Of a stretch of 39,192 nucleotides of DNA, positions 34,606-39,192 are shown piece by piece. How positions within the stretch are numbered: the stretch's first letter is position 1; the number at the start of each line of letters is the position of its first letter. The stretch comes from Thermoplasmata archaeon (lineage in GTDB: Archaea; Thermoplasmatota; Thermoplasmata; Halarchaeoplasmatales; Halarchaeoplasmataceae). The stretch is from assembly GCA_007129655.1 (NCBI GenBank), contig SKVC01000023.1, positions 1-39,192 on the forward strand. The letters run 5' to 3'. A model generated the notes under the pieces. That model was not told the DNA's origin. It saw nothing but the letters and a program-made list of their open reading frames with translations, and made no database searches. The position numbers and the translations under genes are program-made.

Positions 34606-35745
34606 TCAGCCTAGAAGACTCTTTGCGATAACCATCCTCTGGGCCTCGGAGGTACCTTCGTATATCTCCGTGATCTTCGCATCTCTGAAGAGACGTTCGA
34701 TGGTGTATTCCTTTGTATAACCATATCCACCGTGGATCTGCACACCTTCGAGAGCTGCTTTAACAGCTGCTTCCGAAGCGAATAACTTGGCCATGGCGGC
34801 TTCCTTGGAGAATCTTCCGCCTTGGTCCTTTGCGAAGGCCGCCTTATGAAGCAGTAGCCTAGATGCTTCAACGCTTGTCGCCATATCCGCTATCTTCCAT
34901 TGGATAGCCTGGAACTTGCTTATAGGTCTGCCGAACTGCTGCCTTTGCTGCGAATATTCGATACTTTCCTCTAAAGCTCGCTGTGCGATTCCTACCGCCT
35001 GGGCTGCTATTCCTATTCTACCACCGTCGAGTGTACCCAGTGCTATCTTGAATCCTTGGCCTTCCTCTCCCAGCAGGTTTTCCTTCGGTACTCGCATATC
35101 TTCGAAGATCAATTCCGAAGTGAGTGAAGCGTGTATTCCCATCTTTTCGAATATACTTCCCACTTCGAATCCCTCGGTATCTGATTCAACGATGAATGCG
35201 CTTATACCCTTGTAACCGGCGGGTTTGTCCGTTACCGCGAACACGATATGTATTCCTGCTTCGCTACCACTGGTGATGAACATCTTGGAGCCGTTGATCA
35301 CGTAATGATCTCCATCTAGTACTGCCGTGGTCTCCATTGCTCCCAGATCCGTTCCTGCGTTGGCTTCGGTCCCGGAAAATGCACCTATATGCTCTCCCTT
35401 GGCTAGAAGAGGCAAATATTTCTTCTTCTGTTCTTCCGTTCCATACTTCATTATAGGATCGCTGACCAGTGAGTTGTGCACCGAAGTGATCACCCCTGTC
35501 GAAGCACACTTCTTTGATATCTCTTCGATAACTATAGCGTAGCTAATTGTATCTAGACCGGCTCCACCGTATTCCGTAGGTATCAATATACCGAGCAATC
35601 CAAGTTTTGCCATCTTCTTCAATATATCGTGCGGGTACTCTTCCTTTTCATCCAGTTCAGCGGCAACCGGTTCGATCTCCTTCTCAGCGAAATCTCTAAC
35701 CATGTTCCTTATCATCTTCTGATTATCATTCAATTCGAAGTCCAT
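34606..35745 (-). CDS. bcd: Short-chain (butyryl-CoA-type) acyl-CoA dehydrogenase
   Basis: FSGTEANAGTDLGAM. FITSG. GFKIALGTLDGGRIGIAAQAVG. QFGRPISKFQAIQ. IHGGYGYTKEY. IYEGTSEAQRMVIA (catalytic Glu context). Length 379 aa. Confidence 0.9.
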   Translation of the reverse strand: MDFELNDNQKMIRNMVRDFAEKEIEPVAAELDEKEEYPHDILKKMAKLGLLGILIPTEYGGAGLDTISYAIVIEEISKKCASTGVITSVHNSLVSDPIMKYGTEEQKKKYLPLLAKGEHIGAFSGTEANAGTDLGAMETTAVLDGDHYVINGSKMFITSGSEAGIHIVFAVTDKPAGYKGISAFIVESDTEGFEVGSIFEKMGIHASLTSELIFEDMRVPKENLLGEEGQGFKIALGTLDGGRIGIAAQAVGIAQRALEESIEYSQQRQQFGRPISKFQAIQWKIADMATSVEASRLLLHKAAFAKDQGGRFSKEAAMAKLFASEAAVKAALEGVQIHGGYGYTKEYTIERLFRDAKITEIYEGTSEAQRMVIAKSLLG

Positions 35746-35841
35746 GATACCCGCATAAACAACATAAAGATAAAACTTTCGGGGTTTAAATTCTAGTATG
35801 ATAGTAAAAGTAATAATCCCCGTCTACTCTATCATACAAAT
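35746..35841. promoter_or_regulatory. Divergent intergenic region between bcd and the AMMECR1 gene
   Basis: A 96-nt A/T-rich spacer with aaagataaaac and gtttaaattc boxes. It is the only plausible promoter position for the head of the 23-kb minus-strand array. Confidence 0.35.
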
Positions 35842-36438
35842 ATGTTCACCAATGAAGAAGGAGAGGCGGCAGTGAAGACAGCAAGGGAAATCATCGAGAA
35901 ACATGTTAAGGGCGAGGAAATTGAAAACATACCTCTTCCGAAGAAGTTCGATGCGAAGGGTGGCGTCTTTGTTACGCTTAACAAATATCCCTCCGGAGAC
36001 CTCAGAGGATGCATCGGATATCCGGAGCCGGTGTTCAGTCTGAAAAAAGCTATTCCACAAGCGGCTGTGAGCGCTACACAGGATCCGCGTTTTTTCCCCC
36101 TGGGTCCGAAAGAATTGGACGAGATAACCGTGGAAGTGACTCTACTGACACCCCCGGAAGATGTGGAGTTCGACGACCCCTTCGAGCTACCTGAAAAGAT
36201 CGAATGCGGTAGGGACGGTTTGATAATATCTAAGGGCCCCTACAGCGGTTTGCTGCTACCTCAAGTACCGGTGGAACACGGCTGGAATGTAGAACAATTC
36301 CTGGATCATACCTGTCTGAAGGCAGGGTTAATCCCTGATGCTTGGAGGAAAGGTGAATGCAGTGTGAAGAGCTTCCAAGGTTACATCTTCGCTGAAAGTG
36401 AGCCCCGGGGAGAAGTCAAGAAAAAGGAGATAGGATGA
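35842..36438 (+). CDS. AMMECR1-domain protein
   Basis: GVFVTLNKYPSGDLRGCIGYPEP..LKKAIPQAAVSATQDPRF.P..EVTLLTPP..DGLII..GLLLPQV, the characteristic AMMECR1 motifs. Length 198 aa. Confidence 0.85.
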   Translation: MFTNEEGEAAVKTAREIIEKHVKGEEIENIPLPKKFDAKGGVFVTLNKYPSGDLRGCIGYPEPVFSLKKAIPQAAVSATQDPRFFPLGPKELDEITVEVTLLTPPEDVEFDDPFELPEKIECGRDGLIISKGPYSGLLLPQVPVEHGWNVEQFLDHTCLKAGLIPDAWRKGECSVKSFQGYIFAESEPRGEVKKKEIG

Positions 36439-37670
36439 TACTCAGAGGCACCGTTTACGTAGAGGGAGAGTTAAGAAGACGATATATCGAGATCGAAGAT
36501 GGTAAGATATTGTCTGTGAGTACCTCGAAACCTGCAGGACATGACGTTATCGAATGTGACGGAGTTATATTACCCGGTGGTATCGACATGCACGTTCATT
36601 TCAGGGACCCCGGGATGACCGAGAAGGAGGATTTTTTTACAGGAACTAAAAGCGCAGCCTTCGGAGGCATCACAACGGTCATGGACATGCCAAACAACCA
36701 ACCGCCTACGGATGATACCAAACGTCTCAAAAAAAAGATCAAGAACGTCGGTAAAAAATCCTGCATAGACTTCGGACTCTATGGTTTGGTGGGCAAGGAC
36801 AACGAGAAGATGCTGAAACAGACTTCCTTCTTCAAAGTATACATGGCGCCTTCCACGGATACCGACGGAAGCTACTCGCCGGACGAGATAGAAAAGATAC
36901 TGAAATCAGGCGGCAAAGTGGCATTCCACTGCGAAGATAAATCACTATTCACAGAACCCGGAGAGGACTTACCCGGTCATAATAGACACAGACCTGTAGA
37001 GAGCGAGTTGAGCGCCATTAAAAAATTGAAAGAGCTACCAGCGGGCAACAAACACGTTTGCCACGCCACCACAATAAAGAGCATCGGGTTGGCCCGTAAG
37101 GTAGGATGCACCGTAGAAGTAACACCACACCATCTTTTCCTCAACGAAGAAGCACTCTTGAATACTCGCGGTAAAGTTAATCCACCCTTGAGAGGCAGCG
37201 ACCAGCAGTTCTATCTATGGGAAGCTTTCGAGAGAGGCGACATAGACATATTAGCAAGCGACCATGCACCTCATCTGGAGTCTGAGAAGGATACGGATTT
37301 CGAAAAGGCGCCATCTGGTCTGCCTGGTGTGGAAACCATGTACCCGCTATTGCTCAATTCCGTAGCATACGGCAACATTTCTTTATCCACAGTCGTCAAA
37401 GCACTATCGGAGCGTCCGGCGGAGCTACTGGAACTCAAAAAAGGACGTATCGCAGAAGGATACGATGCGGACCTGATAGTAGCCGATTTCCGAGAGAGCG
37501 AAAACATCTCTGTTAGCCGGCTGCATTCCAAGGCCGGCTGGAGTCCCTTCGAAGGCTTCAGAGCCATATTCCCCAGGCACGTTATCTCCCATGGAGAGTT
37601 CGTGGTAAAGGATCGTAAATTTGTGGGCGAGAAAGGAAAAGGGGAATATATATCCGGTCAGTCTACATAA
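36435..37670 (+). CDS. pyrC: Dihydroorotase (amidohydrolase superfamily)
   Basis: GGIDMHVHFRDPG (metal-binding HxH). FKVYM (carboxylated-Lys context). AFHCED. VCHATT. DILASDHAPH. APSGLPGVET. There is a 4-nt ATGA overlap with the AMMECR1 gene. Allantoinase or dihydropyrimidinase cannot be fully excluded without a search. Confidence 0.75.
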   Translation: MILRGTVYVEGELRRRYIEIEDGKILSVSTSKPAGHDVIECDGVILPGGIDMHVHFRDPGMTEKEDFFTGTKSAAFGGITTVMDMPNNQPPTDDTKRLKKKIKNVGKKSCIDFGLYGLVGKDNEKMLKQTSFFKVYMAPSTDTDGSYSPDEIEKILKSGGKVAFHCEDKSLFTEPGEDLPGHNRHRPVESELSAIKKLKELPAGNKHVCHATTIKSIGLARKVGCTVEVTPHHLFLNEEALLNTRGKVNPPLRGSDQQFYLWEAFERGDIDILASDHAPHLESEKDTDFEKAPSGLPGVETMYPLLLNSVAYGNISLSTVVKALSERPAELLELKKGRIAEGYDADLIVADFRESENISVSRLHSKAGWSPFEGFRAIFPRHVISHGEFVVKDRKFVGEKGKGEYISGQST

Positions 37671-38952
37671 ACATATATGTCAGCAGCAGCGAGATGATGA
37701 TGTTTGCACACCCTAATATCACTCCGCCGAGACCGTATTGATTGTCTCCTTCGTCCATGGCCTTTTTACCCAGTATGATGCCTATGACACCAAATATGAT
37801 CGGTATCAGCGGCACTCTCAAAAGGAACACGCCTATTATACCTATGATTACAGAATATCTTCCGTTCTTGACAGATATCTTTTCCTTCCCCTCTAGTTTT
37901 TTTTCCTCATGATAACCCGCTAGACCGGGTACGACGGTAAAGATACCTATTGCCATACATACGATACTGATGATCTGATATGTATCGCTCAATGAAAGAA
38001 AATGATATCCGGCATAGATCACTGCACCTGCGATCATTAGAGCTAAACCGACAAGTATAATTCGGTAGTAAAGCTTCTTCTCATCACCATAATGGGGTTT
38101 TTCTTCTTCCTCTGTCTCCTTCTTTTTTTTCCTTCCGAGATAAACTGAAAGTAAGATCACTATTGCCATCACACCGAACAGCAAACGAGCTATCATGTAT
38201 GTTGAAGCCATTTGTCCCGTATCTACAAACCCCTCATCCGATACCATAACAGATTCCCGTTCCTCTCCAAATTGGATGTTGTATCCGCCTTCGTAGCTAA
38301 ATGTGTGTGTGAATTCATAGTCGGCGCTTCCTTCACCAGGCACGACTAATGTGTGAACAACATCATTATTTATGACAACATCCAGAGAACTCTCTGTATC
38401 TCCTTCATTGTGGGCACTCACGTATATCGTTACCTCCAGAGGCGGTCGCCCCACAGTCGGAGATACACTGAGTTCAAGATCAACGAGTGGTGAAATTTCA
38501 ATTCCGGTAGCAGTAGCACTTACCTCTTCCGACATCTCTCCCTCCCCGTTCTCGTTTACCGTACTAACTCTGTAGTAATATGTCACGCCACCCTGGAGTC
38601 CTTCATGCTCATAGATCCTCCTTTCTATATCATCAAATTCGATAACGTTCGGTAGATCACCGGATTCGATACCCCAGTATATGATGTACGAGGTTATCTC
38701 GGAACCTCCGTCATCGGACGGCTCATTCCATCTCAAGGCCACCTCATAATCACGATCACGAGCTAAAGCTACCAAGTTCTGCGGTGCGGAGGGGGTTCCA
38801 TCAGATACATCCGAACTCTCAAAGTTCCCCCTCGTCATCTCCAAGCCGGTCCCTCCTCCCCAGACACATGTCGTAGCCACAATAAACATCAGTGGAAACA
38901 ATACGCACGCGACGAGCAGAATGCTCACGACCCTGTTCTGGTTAGGAAACAT
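37663..38952 (-). CDS. Polytopic membrane protein with extracellular FN3 and PKD/Ig-like domains
   Basis: N-terminal signal anchor VVSILLVACVLFPLMFIVATTCV. FN3 signature PSAPQNLVA..ALRWNEPSDDGGSEITSYIIYWG..YYYRVSTVNENGEG. A second beta-sandwich segment (LSVSPTVGRPPLEVTIYVSA..). Then about 5 hydrophobic helices separated by K/E-rich loops. The C-terminus resembles small DUF4190-type helical hairpins (IIFGVIGIILGKKA..GGVILGCANIIISLLL). Confidence 0.75.
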   Translation of the reverse strand: MFPNQNRVVSILLVACVLFPLMFIVATTCVWGGGTGLEMTRGNFESSDVSDGTPSAPQNLVALARDRDYEVALRWNEPSDDGGSEITSYIIYWGIESGDLPNVIEFDDIERRIYEHEGLQGGVTYYYRVSTVNENGEGEMSEEVSATATGIEISPLVDLELSVSPTVGRPPLEVTIYVSAHNEGDTESSLDVVINNDVVHTLVVPGEGSADYEFTHTFSYEGGYNIQFGEERESVMVSDEGFVDTGQMASTYMIARLLFGVMAIVILLSVYLGRKKKKETEEEEKPHYGDEKKLYYRIILVGLALMIAGAVIYAGYHFLSLSDTYQIISIVCMAIGIFTVVPGLAGYHEEKKLEGKEKISVKNGRYSVIIGIIGVFLLRVPLIPIIFGVIGIILGKKAMDEGDNQYGLGGVILGCANIIISLLLTYMFM

Positions 38953-39060
38953 CTTGACACCCTTTGTTATGTTCCCTAACGCAACATTCTCTTTAACGTT
39001 TTTGGAAAGTAATGCGTACTGCTACTGCAACAATCAAAAGTGTGTAGTTTATTGTTCCAT

Positions 39061-39192
39061 TCAAACCATGTCGACGAAAACGTTATATGCGGACATTCCT
39101 ATCTTCTCTGCGGTGTAGATGATACCAACATTTACCAAGCACATCAATATGCATATAAATTTGCGGTATACGGAAAATTTTTTGGACAATGG
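39061..39192 (-). CDS. Possible 3' end of a gene entering from the right window edge (44 codons, hydrophobic)
   Basis: A minus-strand frame is open from nt 39192 to the TGA at 39063-39061 (..KFICILMCLVNVGIIYTAEKIGMSAYNVFVDMV*). It is too short for homology reasoning. It is supported only by the open frame and by leaving a 108-nt upstream region for the next gene. Confidence 0.2.
   Translation of the reverse strand, partial: PLSKKFSVYRKFICILMCLVNVGIIYTAEKIGMSAYNVFVDMV

Noticed and set aside
38921-39118. 65-aa plus-strand ORF in the last intergenic region
   Set aside because: It has no SD and its start overlaps the FN3 gene. The composition is low-information. The region is better explained as the promoter and 5' region of the FN3 gene plus the tail of a minus-strand gene entering from the right.

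Overview
This is a 39.2-kb, very compact window, about 97-98 % coding by my arithmetic on the ORF coordinates. I call 28 complete protein genes plus two edge-truncated ones. I recognised no rRNA, tRNA, CRISPR array, transposase or integrase.

Gene content suggests an uncultivated anaerobic archaeon: an MvhAG-type [NiFe] hydrogenase, HdrABC, MvhD, an AMMECR1-PyrC pair, zinc-ribbon-rich and very acidic proteins, GGAGG/GAGGTG Shine-Dalgarno (SD) sites and A/T-box intergenic regions. The phylum cannot be called without a database search.

Layout:
1. Nt 1-8521 (+): two giant genes. The first is a 5'-truncated surface protein anchored in the membrane at both ends, with (K/R)xNG repeats. The second is a 1233-aa protein with nine zinc ribbons, two helix-hairpin-helix (HhH) motifs, acidic linkers, about 6 TM helices and TPR repeats.
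2. Nt 8527-12879: an lpd-like flavoprotein (-), divergent from mvhG-mvhA-maturation protease (+).
3. Nt 12881-35745 (-): an unbroken array of 18 co-directional genes. In transcription order: bcd, etfB, etfA, thiolase, hbd, crt, hdrC, hdrB, hdrA, [HdrA-N fragment + NuoE], NuoF-like, [NuoG-N + HdrA-C fragment + HdrA], mvhD, FrhB/AsrA-like FeS protein, double HdrC-like, tandem HdrA, mvhD, prpE-like acyl-CoA synthetase.
4. Nt 35842-38952: AMMECR1 and pyrC (+), then an FN3/PKD polytopic membrane protein (-).

The most interesting signal is a NuoE-NuoF-NuoG' (HydBC/Bfu-type) cassette sitting in frame inside a split HdrA-type flavoprotein module. An uninterrupted paralogue of that module lies 2 kb downstream. 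The whole array also places three different electron-bifurcation families (Bcd/EtfAB, HdrA/Mvh, NuoEF-like) in one gene array next to a beta-oxidation set. All functional calls rest on motif recognition from the translated ORFs. No searches were run.
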